64,000 nucleotides of DNA from the NCBI GenBank assembly GCA_048128005.1, contig JBEUKZ010000018.1, positions 1 to 64,000 of the forward strand, read 5' to 3'. Shown here piece after piece: positions 14,481 to 27,700 of the stretch; within the stretch, counting starts at the first letter, position 1; every line of letters begins with the position of its first letter. The notes beneath the pieces were generated by a model, which made no database searches, was not told the DNA's origin, and worked only from the letters and a program-made list of their open reading frames with translations. The position numbers and the translations under genes were made by a program. Source of the stretch: Veleropilina oligotropha (Eukaryota).

Positions 14481-14839
14481 ATACTTTCTGTCAGTTACTA
14501 TGAAATTAATTATAGAGTTATTGATTATTTAGTCTCTATGGATGTATTATATACAAAAGGCGGGCCAGTATGAGGAGCATATCTCTAGTGTTTGTCTATT
14601 ATTACTTGACACTTATATCGAAGGCAAGCAAATAATTCCATGATGAAGTTCGATAATTTAAAACAAAGACATATCCATGGACATGCAATAAAAGAGCCAT
14701 TGTATCTTTAAATTTAAATATAATATAAAGGAATAGACCACATTTGAAGCGTCCACCCCTGTCTGCATAATGGACCCTTCGAATCAAACGAAATTTACCG
14801 GGAAAATCCGAACACAAAGCAGTCGGTGCTCGCTGCAAT

Positions 14840-15023
14840 ATGGCGGCGGCCACTGTCAGCTTGTACGTAGTTTCTTTGTTTTTCATACCCGTTCTCTTCA
14901 CCTCCACGACACAAGAGCAGTTACATAACGTGATGGAAGCTATTGAAAGGTTAATTAGTTATTACAAAGAAAGCTACAAGGACATGAATGTTGACGGCAT
15001 GTTCGGACTGCGCGTGTTGGAAG
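14840..15023 (+). CDS. C16orf89: First coding exon of a C16orf89/UPF0764-like secreted protein (phase-1 intron follows)
   Basis: Signal-peptide-like N-terminus, then AIERLISYY...DMNVDGMFGLRVLE, resembling the recalled human C16orf89 segment ALERATVFL...EINLDGMVGVRVLE. Good Kozak context (AATATGG) and donor AAG|GTACGT at 15023/15024. Confidence 0.8.
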
Positions 15024-15122
15024 GTACGTGTTTTGCACATGAGTTTGTTTTGACAGTTGCATTTCAGCTTGGTGTAGGGTTGTCTCCCTTGGTACTTCAC
15101 GCTGTGACATAAAGCCTGATTG

Positions 15123-15586
15123 CACTCTGCTCGCATAGTCATAGTCTAGTCATAGTCTATAGACTATGCTCTCGCTGGTCCGCCTACTTCTTTCCCGACT
15201 GGAATATCGTCTCTTTGAAATTTTCCAAACATTAATATGTATTTAATATATCAAATTTAGTTAAAAGTTAATTAAAATAAACTTTTAGAAGCGTTTGTGC
15301 AGTTAATTAATTACCTACGCGGTGAATAAATTGGCATAAATTGGCTGAATATGGCTACGCGGAACTATTTGCTGTTTAACATCACTGTATTTCATATTTA
15401 AAACGTTGTTATTAGCCTACCCTTTTCTTGAAAACACTTAACCATGTCATTTGCACTTCATTAAATTACAAACTGAAGCGAAATAATATGTATATTAACT
15501 ATGTGGCGGATCGCCACATAGCGATCAGCGAGAGCAGAGATATAAGACTGGGGTCGTCGTTTCGTATTCTCTTTGCCTGGAGAGTG
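15123..15586. mobile_element. CACTCT...AGAGTG MITE with 9-bp TSD GCCTGATTG; second copy at 46036-46495
   Basis: TSD at 15114-15122 and 15587-15595. Near-identical second copy at 46036-46495. Confidence 0.88.
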
Positions 15587-15727
15587 GCCTGATTGTTTAC
15601 GGATGCAGCATAATAAATGATATACTAAGATTATCTTGTAATTGTTTAGAAATTGTTATTCATCATTTCCAAAGTGATTATGTAATATATATTATTCTTA
15701 GAAAGAATGTATACTATGAAAATTATA

Positions 15728-16188
15728 ATTGTATCCCCGGACAATAGTCGGGGATAGTATATATATAATATGGTTAATCACCATTGAGTCACCGCGTCTG
15801 CAGCAGAGATTTCTTGTGTGCGCTCTACAGTGGAAAGTTCTAATCCGATTTGATTCAAATTTGGTAGGCCTATGCGCGTTAGTTATGATGAGGACACTCA
15901 GCCTAACGATTTTCGTCGTTTTAGGATTCATTTTGTTTGGAGAAATTACTTGTGCGTGCTTTACAGTGAAAATTATTTATCCGATTTTATTCAAATTTGA
16001 TATGTTTGTTAGTTATGATGAGGACATGCCATTTTCTTTGAAGAGATTTCTTGTGCGTGCTCTACAATGAAAAGTTAATATCCAATTTGATATACACACT
16101 TGGTATGATGCGGACATGAATTGAAGCCTATCGATTTTTGCTGCCGTGGGAGGGATACACCCCTTGACTTGTCGAGGATTTGCTAGTT
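15728..16188 (+). mobile_element. Helentron-type non-autonomous element, family G; related pieces at 28617-28894 and 60225-61960
   Basis: 5' GTATCCCC...GGGGATA hairpin, 3' subTIR GGGATAC, 3' hairpin and CTAGTT end. Internal monomer CTCTACAGTGAA...TTCAAATTTGGTA. Confidence 0.7.
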
Positions 16189-16422
16189 CACAAAATTGCC
16201 AGCATCACGGTTCACCATCTTTCTGATTTAATCTGTCATTACTACTCACTGACTCATTAGTAAATCTTTAGTAAGAGAATTCGGTATTCGATTAGGTTAA
16301 TGAGACCTTTTAAAATATATCTAAAACTATGGGCACTTGAAACTTGGTACCCAATTATAGTAATTTATTTAGATAAAATGATGGGCCATGGTTAGAAAAA
16401 ATATGCTACAGGTGCTACATAG

Positions 16423-17269
16423 CAGGGATAGAATTTCGTAAAATTTCGCGAGAATCTAAGGTGGTTCTCGCCAAAAAAATTGCGAGAATCCAGGCGAATC
16501 CAATAAGTAAATTATAACTCTTTTCCATTGAACGTCAATGAATACTGTCTGGTGACTTCCATTATGTACCAGTGATATTATATCTAAAGATTAATATTTG
16601 GAAGCCATATAACAATATTGAATAAAGATTATGATATGTATATATAGTGGTCACAGCTTCCGTATATCGTTTCGGCTGTTTTCGTTGGCTATCGACCTGT
16701 CAATCACAACCTGAAATACCGAATGTCGTCTTTTTTGAGCGATAAATAGAACAACTAAACAAATGTCTAATACTTTCAGATTTTACGGACATGCTGTTTT
16801 CTATTATGAAATAAAAGGCCGAAAATTGGAAACTACCATGTTTTCAGCGCAAAAAATATTCACTTTCCTCACGTTTAGTCGCTTTTTATGCAAACCACAT
16901 GGACAATACTTGTACTCGTTCGGGATATAGAAATCGGTTGCGTTTCCGTGAACGAAAATAGCACGGTGATAGAGGTCGCTGCCTGTTCACGGAAACCACC
17001 GACATTGATCGAGCAGAACAACGTTACAATAACGACAACCAAAAAGTGGTTTTCAATGTTGGAATTGCGAGGTTGGAGCAGTGCGGAAATTGTTCTATGA
17101 TTAAAATGCTTATATGGACGATAATTTAACAACGGATTATATTAAAAAGGTTATTTTAACAAATTTTAATCCATATTTTTGCGCGAATCAAAATTGATTC
17201 GCCATTTGCCATCATGCGCGACTCTTCAGGCGAATCGATTCGCGGATTCTCGTCAAAAATCTAGCCCTG
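16423..17269. mobile_element. hAT-like MITE with 5-bp TSD CATAG
   Basis: TIRs CAGGGATAGA/TCTAGCCCTG. CATAG at 16418-16422 and 17270-17274. Subterminal GCGAGAATC/GCGAATC repeats. Confidence 0.8.
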
Positions 17270-17731
17270 CATAGTGATGAGCACGTAGATTATATATACA
17301 TGAAATGTCTTTATTGATTACACTTATAAAACTATGAATGAAATAACCATAGACCATCTTCGCAAGAATGACTCCTGATAATTTAATTGGTTGAATATTG
17401 CATGACCTGTGACAGCCACGACCTGACTTTATGCGTATCGGAAAAAATGATCTTCACTCAAATGCGTGAGGTCAGTTCGCATAATCGATAATGTCAAAGA
17501 ATGAATGAAACTAGATCCAGTCTTACGAAATTACCTAGTTGCGCATAACAGAAAGAGAAAAACGCGACTTCTTGGCGTTCGCACATATTTTTAATCGCTG
17601 GTATGTTGTGTAGTTATCTGCCCTTAAATTTGTTCTTCATCTTTTACGTATACACATTATTGAGTAGAGCTTCCACTGCTTGCTTGCTGAAAAATATAAA
17701 ACCACTGGTCCAATGGACCACCAGGAATTGT

Positions 17732-18662
17732 CCGCCTCTGTAGTCGGGTGGTATCGAGTGCCGCCTCGGTAGTCTGGTGGTATCAAGTGCCGCCTCGGTA
17801 GTCTGGTGGTATGAAGTGCCGCCTCGGTAGTCGGGTGGTATCGAGTGCCGCCTCGGTAGTCTGGTGGTATCGAGTGCCGCCTCGGTAGTCGGGTGGTATC
17901 AAGTGCCGCCTCAGTAGTCGGGTGGTATCGAGTGCCGCCTCGGTAGTCGGGTGGTATCAAGTGCCGCCTCGGTAGTCTGGTGGTATCGAGTGCCGCCTCG
18001 GTAGTCGGGTGGTATCAAGTGCCGCCTCGGTAGTCGGGTGGTATCGAGTGCTGCCTCGGTAGTCTGGTGGTATCGAGTGCCGCCTCGGTAGTCTGGTGGT
18101 ATCGAGTGCCGCCTCGGTAGTCGGGTGGTATCGAGTGCCGCCTCGGTAGTCTGGTGGTACCGAGTGCCGCCTCGGTAGTCGGGTGGTATCGAGTGCCGCC
18201 TCGGTAGTCGGGTGGTATCGAGTGCCGCCTCGGTATTCTGGTGGTATCGAGTGCCGCCTCGGTAGTCTGGTGGTATCGAGTGCCACCTCGGTAGTCGGGT
18301 GGTATCGAGTGCCGCCTCGGTAGTCGGGTGGTATCGAGTGCCGCCTCGGTAGTCGGGTGGTATCGTGCCGCCTCGGTAGTCGGGTGGTATCGTGCCGCCT
18401 CGGTAGTCGGGTGGTATCAAGTGCCGCCTCGGTAGTCGGGTGGTATCGAGTGCCGCCTCGGTAGTCGGGTGGTATCGAGGGCCGCCTCGGTAGTCGGGTG
18501 GTATCGAGTGCCGCCTCGGTAGTCGGGTGGTATCAAGTGCCGCCTCGGTAGTCGGGTGGTATCGAGTGCCGCCTCGGTAGTCGGGTGGTATCAAGTGCCG
18601 CCTCGGTAGTCGGGTGGTATCAAGTGCCGCCTCGGTAGTCGGGTGGTATCGAGTGCCGCCTC
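17732..18662. repeat. 29-bp GC-rich minisatellite (~32 copies)
   Basis: Unit GTGCCGCCTCGGTAGTCGGGTGGTATCGA. Confidence 0.97.
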
Positions 18663-18969
18663 TGAAATCGCTAGCAGGAGTGGATTTGAATCTCGGCGGG
18701 GGCGTGAACATTCTTTGTTCAGTTATCAATAGCAGTTGTACGTAATTTGATCGGAGAGGGCGAGTTTCCCTCGTGATAATATTGATATGTCCTGCCTTAT
18801 ACCGTATATAATATGTATGCTATTGATCATTACTTTATGACCAGTAAATTTTAAATTGGACCAGTTTTGAAAATTCTTGGTGGTCCAATGAACCAGTGGT
18901 TTTAAATTTAAATTTGTATTCCTAGCCCTGTACGTTTGGTTGTAGTCAACATTTGCTGGTCATGGCGCT

Positions 18970-19113
18970 GTGATGTCATCAGTGATCATGTATAGATTGT
19001 GATGTTATCAGTGATCATGTATAGATTGTGATGTCATCAGTGATCATGTATAGATTGTGATGTCATCAGTGATCATGTATAGATTGTGATATCATCAGTG
19101 ATCATGTATAGAT
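18970..19113. repeat. 29-bp minisatellite, 5 copies
   Basis: Unit GTGATGTCATCAGTGATCATGTATAGATT. Confidence 0.9.
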
Positions 19114-20042
19114 TATCTATCACTGATATTCTTTTATCCCCACAGCAGCTAAGTTGTTGGGTATATTGAAACGAGTGCCGTCTGTGGGTCCTACACCCTT
19201 TTTTAAAAGCTTTGAAGAACCACTGACAAGTCATTTAATTTCATAATTATGAAAAAAAAAACACTAATTATAATGCATCATACACAACACAGTATCAGTA
19301 TGAGTTAAATGACCCGTTCACAGAGAGTTAAAGGGACAGCAGAGACTTGTTTTACGTTGGTTTTCCTGTTGTTGTCATTGGTGTGCCAGATGCACTCTGT
19401 GCCCATGTAGTGCCACTAGATGCGTTTTTCAGTGTTGCAGTAAAAATCAAAGCCTTGTCTGATTGCAGCTGTTCATTGCATTCCAATCCCTGCAGCGTGC
19501 ACCTCTGACCATCTTTGCAATAGATAACTGCCTGCTGACATCTGCCACGGTCTCCCTGATGCACCCACCTGCTACAGCCAGCCAGTACTGTCCAGAAATC
19601 CAACAGAACCTGTTGGCAGCCCTGTCAGAATTCTGGGGCAAATTAATTGACCACAGATGTCCATGGAAGGTTATTTATCTTCCAATTTAAGGCATTTTGC
19701 GGAGTAGCATCTTTGTCAGGATATACCTCATAATACTGTCTGGCTTTGGTGTGAGAAGTGATTCTTGCACTAACACTGTTATTGTGCACATCTAATTTTG
19801 TCACTGGTGGTTCCAGTTGGAACTGGCCTGCTATAACTCTGGTGAATTGGACACGGGCCTAAAACTTCATAACACCACCATCAGCAATTTTGCTAGCCAG
19901 GTTTAAATTGTTGTATATTGTAATTCTTATTTCTAAAAATATAAATGGAGCCTCATGTCTATGGCGATGTTTGCATCCAATAGTTTGCAGTACACAGAAT
20001 TAAGGATGAGATTTCGATTCTTTGAGCTAATTTGCAGTTATA

Positions 20043-20153
20043 GAACACCTCTGAACAGCACTGAACACCGCTGAACAGCACTGAACACCGCTGAACACCT
20101 CTGAACAGCACTGAACACCGCTGAACAGCACTGAACACCTCTGAACAGCACTG
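20043..20153. repeat. 10-bp tandem repeat (CTGAACASCN)n
   Basis: Direct reading. Confidence 0.9.
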
Positions 20154-20203
20154 CGCTTGTTTAGTGACGCAGGAAAATCCATGGTAAATCTAGCAGCCAC
20201 ATA

Positions 20204-20385
20204 CACGGCAGCCTAGATATAACACCGTACTTGGGGTCCAAAATTGCGGGGTCGCGTTCAAGTTGTACAAAACCAATTAATAGTGCCATCCGCATTCTTG
20301 ATTTGGAAATTTGGTAGCCATGGATAGCCCCGTGTTATAACCGAATCCGCGCTATACCGAGGCGCGTTGTATCGAGGCTGTCGTG
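20204..20385. mobile_element. Small TIR MITE, Tc1/mariner-pogo-like
   Basis: CACGGCAGCCTAGATATAAC and GTTGTATCGAGGCTGTCGTG form inverted ends. TA is present on the left flank only. Confidence 0.55.
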
Positions 20386-21022
20386 TTCTGACATAGCGTT
20401 AGTGAAACTTAATGACATAGCATTAGGGCAACTTAGATTTGTCCTATTCAACCAGGCAGAACATGCGACTCTTGCTCAAGCACTATAGGGATGCTGTGCA
20501 TATATATTTATCATATATATATAAATATACAGAGTTTCTCCAAACAGTCGAATCGGACAGAATATCAGATTTGGATTATTTCCGTCATTTCCGTTTAGCT
20601 AATAACTTACGGTAACCTTTTAATTTCAATTTATAATGAAATTTGACATTTATCGTTTCTGCGCAATATACCGAATACAGAGACAGCTGTCTCTCTCCTC
20701 TATCTACAACTGCTCGAATGCAGCATAAATAGTGCCCGAGTCGAGCTCGCTCCGTTCTCCATCTGTCTCCAGATGCGAAACATCTGATAAATTGCAAGCG
20801 TAAAAACACATACTAAATGCCAGCGATTTATGTACACAAGTCTGCGACAGAGCGATGGTTTCATGAGCATTTTGCCATCACTAGGATGCAGGCTACATGC
20901 CCATTAGACGATAATTCGATGCACATGACGTGTCTCGGCTGCAGTGTTCACATATGATCTCGGTAGCGACGGTTAACTCAGATGCCGGTGATATCCATCC
21001 ATTAAGAGCATTCATAGGATCG

Positions 21023-21058
<36 letters not shown>

Positions 21059-22681
21059 CTAATAAATAAACAGCGTTGGTGAGTAGTGAGAGCAGGCGTT
21101 ATCAGGTAGATGCAGAGACGAGGGTGGTGGATTAGGGATCCAGCTGGTGTGTTGGTCTGAATTAGGCACCACATGATAAAACTGGCAGTTACTCAAGCAA
21201 GAAGCAGCTAAATTAGCTCAACTACACAACAACCACTTAGTCTGCATCAACTCTTCGAGTCCATTAGTACATCTGCAGTCATTATAATATCTTCACAGAA
21301 ATATTTATTGAAGATTGGAAATAATATAAATGTATACGTCAACAATACATTTTACTAATACGTGTAAATTAATCATATTGCATTTGTATGTCTGTCTCCT
21401 CTAACAGATATCACTGACAGATTTGCATCTCGCACCATGACCATACCTGTTCTCATTGACAGTAAAAGCTGAACATCCAGACAATCACAGGTCGTTGCCG
21501 TCTATATAATTCTATACATAACGCTGGTACATGCCAATTGAATGAATCACTTTGGTTATTTTAGTCTGGAAAGATAAACGCATTATTAATTTAACATTTC
21601 TGATTAATATTATTCTTCCATTGAGCACGTTTTCGTTGCTGATCTTGAAAACTTTTCAGAATCGCAACGCACAACAACAAGAATGTCTTTGAAAATTTGT
21701 TATTTACTTTTATTAACTACGATATCTCAGCTGTTAATTGATATGGACAGAATGTTCTGTTCAGACTCCAGTGCATGGGATCCTTGTTTTGCTGGGACAT
21801 TATGTCGGATTATTTTTCAAGACTTGTGTATAGTACATGTCCCCCAATCTATCTCAGTCTAATTATCTGGTACCTGCTATCGTAAGCGTTCTCAGATGTT
21901 TTGCAAGAAAAAACAGCTTGTTTTTGTGCTCGTTGACAGATAACGCTCAGTTGCTGTAAATGTCAATATCGTTTTCAGCACAAAACATTCTTCGTGCACT
22001 TCAGTCGCGGCTGACTCGCCGCTTCATTAAATGGAACCATGTAGTCACAAGATAAAGGTGAAGGAGGGTGCAGTTGCCTTGTGTTGTTACAATGTAGTGA
22101 TACATAATACAGCTGAGCGAAATGTTATATATTATGTGTGCCAGATCGAATGTCATGATGATTTCCACGGAACCCGTGGTGGAGGGTACCCGTTATTCAA
22201 CTATTTCAGTAAATTCAATATTCAAATTTTCAAAGCTATTTTGAATTGTTTTTATGCCCACCACAAACAAAGTTTAGGGGGGCATATAGGAGTCGGCTTG
22301 TCTGTCCGTCTGATGCAAATTCCCTTCCGCTCCGTATATATATGATACTATTTGACCGAGGGACACGAAACTTGATGTGTGCATGTGTCATAACCCAAAT
22401 GTGAGTCGCGAACCGAAAGTAGGTCACCATGACCTACTTTTCATGCTTTGACTGCACTTGATCCAAAATTCCGTTCTGCTCCATATCTCCAATACTATTT
22501 GACCGAGGGACATGAAACTGGATGTATGCATGTGTCATACATAGCACAAAGGTGTGTCGCGTATAGAAAGTAGGTCACTGCGACCTACTTTTCGGATTTG
22601 ACCGCATTTGGTCCAAAATTCCTTTCCGCTTCATATCTCCCATACTACTGGACCGAGGGACACGAAACTTGATGTGTGTAT

Positions 22682-23723
22682 CAGCCCTCGGAATTAAGGT
22701 CGGCATTCGGCAATGCCGACCTCGTTGCCGACCTGCAAGCGTACGAGGTCGGCAAATTTTTTGCCGACCTCGATTTATCTTGCTAAAAGGTCTATTCATA
22801 TATATTATACTAATTACAATATTTATTCATAACCTGTTAAGTTGCATCTCTTTACCTACTTTGTATATTGTGCATCCTGGTTGAAATGTTCACCAATAAA
22901 TCGTTAACATCACAAGTTTTCAACACTCAAACGCTCCATTCGCACATGTACGCTATTTATAAATTACTAGGTCACGGATTCAAATCGCGTTTCCAAAATA
23001 ATACGTTTAGGGCTTAGATGATTTGAAAATTGTCTGGTGTTATGATTCCAACTTACAATGTGGTAATCTTTTTTTTGGATAAAACGGCATATAATAACCA
23101 ATTTAAGACACCATTTAATGATTAAATATTTATTAAAAAGATTTAGAGACTTATGAGCTTTATCACAGAATTGGGTCTACTTCGTATTTATTCAGATTCA
23201 GATATGAACACGCAGCGCGTCGGTCGCTGCGGGGTACGCGATTAGTGACCACGGCCAACGGGCAGAAATAACGTGTACAATTTGACAGCAATAAGATTGA
23301 TGAGCGTGGAACTGCCTGTCATATATTTATTCCACGCGCTTATTGTTAATAAAGATATTTTCTGATTCTATTGTCACTTTATCATCTACCAAATGGAGAT
23401 TTAAAAAAAAGATTTTGCTACTCAATATTCGTCACGCGAACAGGTGAGGTAAACAGTAACACGTGCGCGATGCCGCGTGTGTGGGAGTCTCCAGTTCGCT
23501 CAAATTTTAAACAATATCATATGTTGGCTAAATAGCAAATTAATTCAAGATAAATATACACAGAAACAACGGTTAAAACATTCTTAAATTACGTATTTAA
23601 ACAAGATTTAAGCATTGTGTTAACAGAAAAGTTTTAAAAAATTTGCCGACCTCGTGCCGACCTGGTTGGACTTGAGGTCGGCAAAAATTTGCCGACCTGG
23701 ATTTTTCCTAATTGCGAGGGCTG
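22682..23723. mobile_element. hAT-like MITE with 6-bp TSD GTGTAT
   Basis: 15-bp TIR CAGCCCTCGGAATTA/TAATTGCGAGGGCTG (one mismatch). GTGTAT at 22676-22681 and 23724-23729. Subterminal GCCGACCT repeats. Confidence 0.88.
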
Positions 23724-23852
23724 GTGTATGCATCATAACCCAAAGGTGAGTCGTGTACCGAAAGTAGGTCACCGCCACCTACTTTTCATGCTTTACCGCA
23801 TTTTGTCCAAAATTTCCTTCCGTTCCATATTTCCCATACTATTTGACCGAGG

Positions 23853-24729
23853 GAGGGGTTGAAATTGAAAAAAATATCTGGTTGTACACTTTACAACCAA
23901 ATCTAGAGATTTGGTTGCCACTTAAAAAATATGGTTGTACATATTGAATTTGAAATACACAGTACACAGTACATATAATAGCTTTAGGCCTATTATTATA
24001 TGGGATAATTTTTTTCTAAGAAGCTAGTGTATAATTTTTATAGGAAATCTTTAATTAAAACTACTAGTACTTTAAAAATTCAAGTCATTAACTATCTAAC
24101 TTTATCTGCCTATATTATTTTATTCCGTTTTATTCATATTCTTCAGTTTCATCTGATCATTAGTTGTACTACTAGTATATGAAAAGTATTTGCGTTTGTA
24201 ATACATGCAACACTGTAAACGGGTGCTCCCAGAAATAAAGGTAGAAACAAAAAACAAAAAACATGGCAGGCGCACATGCGACATCGATGTTTTCTTCAGA
24301 TTTACAGACACAAAGTCAATATACTGAACTGATTAAAAGGTATTATACAACTTTTTATTAATAATTAGACACTTTTATGCAAAATATACATGTAATAAGA
24401 GATAAATGACCCGGAATGGACACGTACCGCACCGGAATTCTCTCGGGCGTTTCCGGCGATGTGTTTCTAGCAAAATTCTTAACGCGTAACAATGTTTTTT
24501 GATTGTCTGCTATTGTCACGTGAGATATAATTTATTATATGTAAAAGCTGAAGCTTGGGCCGAACCACAGCCGTTCGCATTATATATTTTTCTAAATTAA
24601 ATTGTTTGACCGCGAAGTCTTAAAATTATTGTTGGTTGTACACGCGGCAACTGCTGTCGGCAGTTTGGTTGCCCACAGGCAAAATTTGGTTGCCGGCGGC
24701 AACCAAATGATAGTCAATTTCGAGCCCTG
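23853..24729. mobile_element. hAT-like MITE with damaged left end
   Basis: GAGGGGTTGAAATTGA versus TCAATTTCGAGCCCTG, with subterminal GGTTG repeats. It interrupts a family-C monomer. Confidence 0.65.
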
Positions 24730-27700
24730 TGATGTGTGCATGCGTCATAACTGAAAGGTATGTCACATACCGAAAGTAGGTCGCCACGACCTACTTTTCA
24801 CACTTGATCGCATTTTCAGTCTAAAATTCCCTTCTGCTCCATATCTCCCGTACTATTTGACCGAGGGACATCAAACTTCATGTGTGTATGTAACAACCTG
24901 TTCCTGGTTCAAACGCTTTCGTGGGGGCATATAATCGCTCCTGTGATAGCTCTAGTTATTTTTGTATACATATATATATAGCAGCTATTAATGGAAAATG
25001 AAACATGGGATGGGTGTAAATTTTCGATGTACTTTCTAATTCTGGCCTTTCCTCCTACAAAAGATGGCCACTGTGATTATATCAGCACTGAAAAAGTTGA
25101 TCATAACAGATATTACCCTGGCCTCAGATTGAGGAGAGGGTGTTGAAATGAAGTTGTATTTGATTGCACATGTCTGTCTCTGTCAACTTGTTTAATTGCC
25201 AGATGACAGAATCATTCACCTTTAATAAAGGGTGTCTCAAACCTATACCATCCAATTTTATATGGCAACATGTAACCGAATCGTAATAATGGTGTGATGG
25301 ATATAAACCGTGTCGTCATGATAATATGTGTTCTGATCACGTATCGGCGCCCCCCCCCCCCCCCCCCCCGATAGCGTAGTAGAGTAGATAAAAAAGTGTG
25401 GGTCTCAATTCACATGCTTGACTGCTCTGATAACCAAGAGTGGGATTGAATTCTGGGTTTGGCAGTAGTTGAATTAATACTCACAGTTGTCTCACGTTAA
25501 CAATAATATGGTAAATAATAATATGATCGATAATAATGTTCTGGTATGAACCAGAAAGCTGTTAAAAAGTCGCATTATGAATTATTTAAACACAGATCCA
25601 AAGCATGTATCCAATGCAATCATTTATACCTTTTTACCTCACCTAGAATTATGCCATGATGGGTATTTAAAATATTGAAGCTGATTATTTTTGTGTCCAT
25701 TATAAAATCGTCTGATCGATAAATAATCTATGTCAATTTTCTGTTGCTATCTAATACCGAACCAACATAATCCCTGCTGATCATGCATACAATTGACGCA
25801 GTTATCATCAACTCGAGATCTATTCTCGATGGTCGTTATAATTCGATATCTTGTTGACCAAAATGCGGGTAAGTGAACAGCAAAAAATCAATTTGCCAAC
25901 TGAAACCCATTGACTTCGTTATGATAACTGTTTGATCTGGCCATCCTATGTGCGTCAGCGATGTTATACAATCTCGCCACACGGGACACTGATGTCATTT
26001 ACCGCCTCGTGGAGCAATAATGGCAATCGTCTCCGAATATTGATCCGTAGTCGGCGGTCCCGGTGGAAGAGCATTGATCCGTAAAGCAGGAAAAAGCAGA
26101 AGTAGAACTAGATAAATTTTCTATCAACCGCGTTTTCTTTTAATTCTATATAATTATTTGAGTAAATCTCTCGCCAATATGTGACTGTCCTTGATAAGCT
26201 GGTATGGCATCGGAAAAAATGTTAAATGTGAGAGAGTAAGATGGGGGATCGATTCCAGCTTCGGCGTGGCTTATTCTAATACTTAAAACTGATGGACGGG
26301 ATGCCGAGGTTCTGACTAGAGACACGACTACCAAATTGCCAAAATATAGTAGTAAAACTAGACTGATGCGCATCACATTTTCAAGCATATATGTATATAT
26401 ATATATATACACATGATTATAATATTGACAATTATAATTTTGCCAAGGTAATTGTTAGCCATTAGTAAATATTTCTGTAAATCCTTATTTTATTATTTTT
26501 TAATTCTTTGGCAGCGAATCGAAAATCAATATATACATTAGACCTTATGAATATTTAGTAGCCATGACCCCCATACTATTTCCTGACATGCGTACATGCG
26601 CGGAGTATTTACTATAGAAGGAAAATCGATCAAAAACAGTTGTTTACTACCAAGATTTACGTTGTTTTAGCAAGTATAAAGATTAGTGTTTGCCTTTGGA
26701 CATCAGTATATGGAAGTAGGACTTATCGCAATGTATATCGTTACTTTTGCATAATGAATAGCCGTGAAATGCTATGCTGAAGTGTGAATTATGTTACTGC
26801 AGGACCACATGTCGAAGAATTAGGTCAGCCACCATTGGTCAACATGACAGCACTGGTCAATGGATTGACCCTGGAAGTCACGCCCCCCCCCCCCCCCCCC
26901 CCCCCCCCCTACATTGATCAGCTGATATCGATGTTTACTTTTCGGCTAATAATTACATAACAAATAAGATAATAAATATATTTGATTATACAATAAATGT
27001 TTATAGACTAATTACGAACTGCTATTACATGTAGCGTTTGATTGAACACTGGTAAATTTACAAGCAAGTTTGCGTTTCTGTACTTGACCTCTTTTGCATG
27101 ACGTCATTGATATGGAAATGCATTTGTGTGATGTACCTCTGTTTGACACTTGACAACAACGTTATATAATGAGTATAATTTATAAATTAGTTATTTTATT
27201 GCATGTGAATATATACTAGAAAAGTAATGTTTATAATATTTATTTATATATATATAAATATATATACACACACGCACACATGTATATATACAATTACACA
27301 CATATATGAACGCACATTCATGTGCACGCACACACACATACACACGTGCAACCATTAATAACTAAGATGAAGTAATATTATATTATTCTGTAAACTATAA
27401 ACATTCCTATTCTGAATGACCTAATGTTTCTAGAATTTTATTACAGCCTGATCTGAGGAATGTAAGCTGGGTTCAAGTGTACCCCCCCCCCCCCCCAATT
27501 TTCTCAATTTTTTGGTATATAGTGTTTTTCATATTTCAAAAGTAAAAATAGAAATAAATGGTTTACACCTTAGATTTTTTTATATCATTCAATTTATGGA
27601 TAAGCATGGTTATTATGACCAAATATTGTTCCACATGTATCTGTAAATTTGTAATATGACATATATCTAAAAAATATATTAATTTTTATTTTATTTTTTG

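Larger units (their letters stand above)
22249..24957 (+). mobile_element. Helentron-type non-autonomous element, family C, with ~150-bp internal monomers and two nested MITEs
   Basis: 5' TATGCCC...GGGGCATA hairpin plus TGTC/GTCC microsatellite. Repeated monomer AAATTCCCTTCCGCTCCATATCTC...GACCGAGGGACAC...AAAGTAGGTCAC. 3' GGGGCATA followed by a hairpin and CTAGTT. Confidence 0.8.

Noticed and set aside
15024..15112. C-terminal part of the 90-aa ORF 14840-15112
   Set aside because: It is read-through past a good splice donor, and similarity to C16orf89 stops at RVLE.
17637..18729. Repetitive ORFs (IPPDYRGGTRYH...)
   Set aside because: They are the reading of a 29-bp tandem repeat cycling through all three frames.
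19146..19246. Possible exon 2 after the acceptor TTCTTTTATCCCCACAG
   Set aside because: The in-phase reading (AKLLGILKRVP...) has no recognisable similarity and no convincing donor before the stop.
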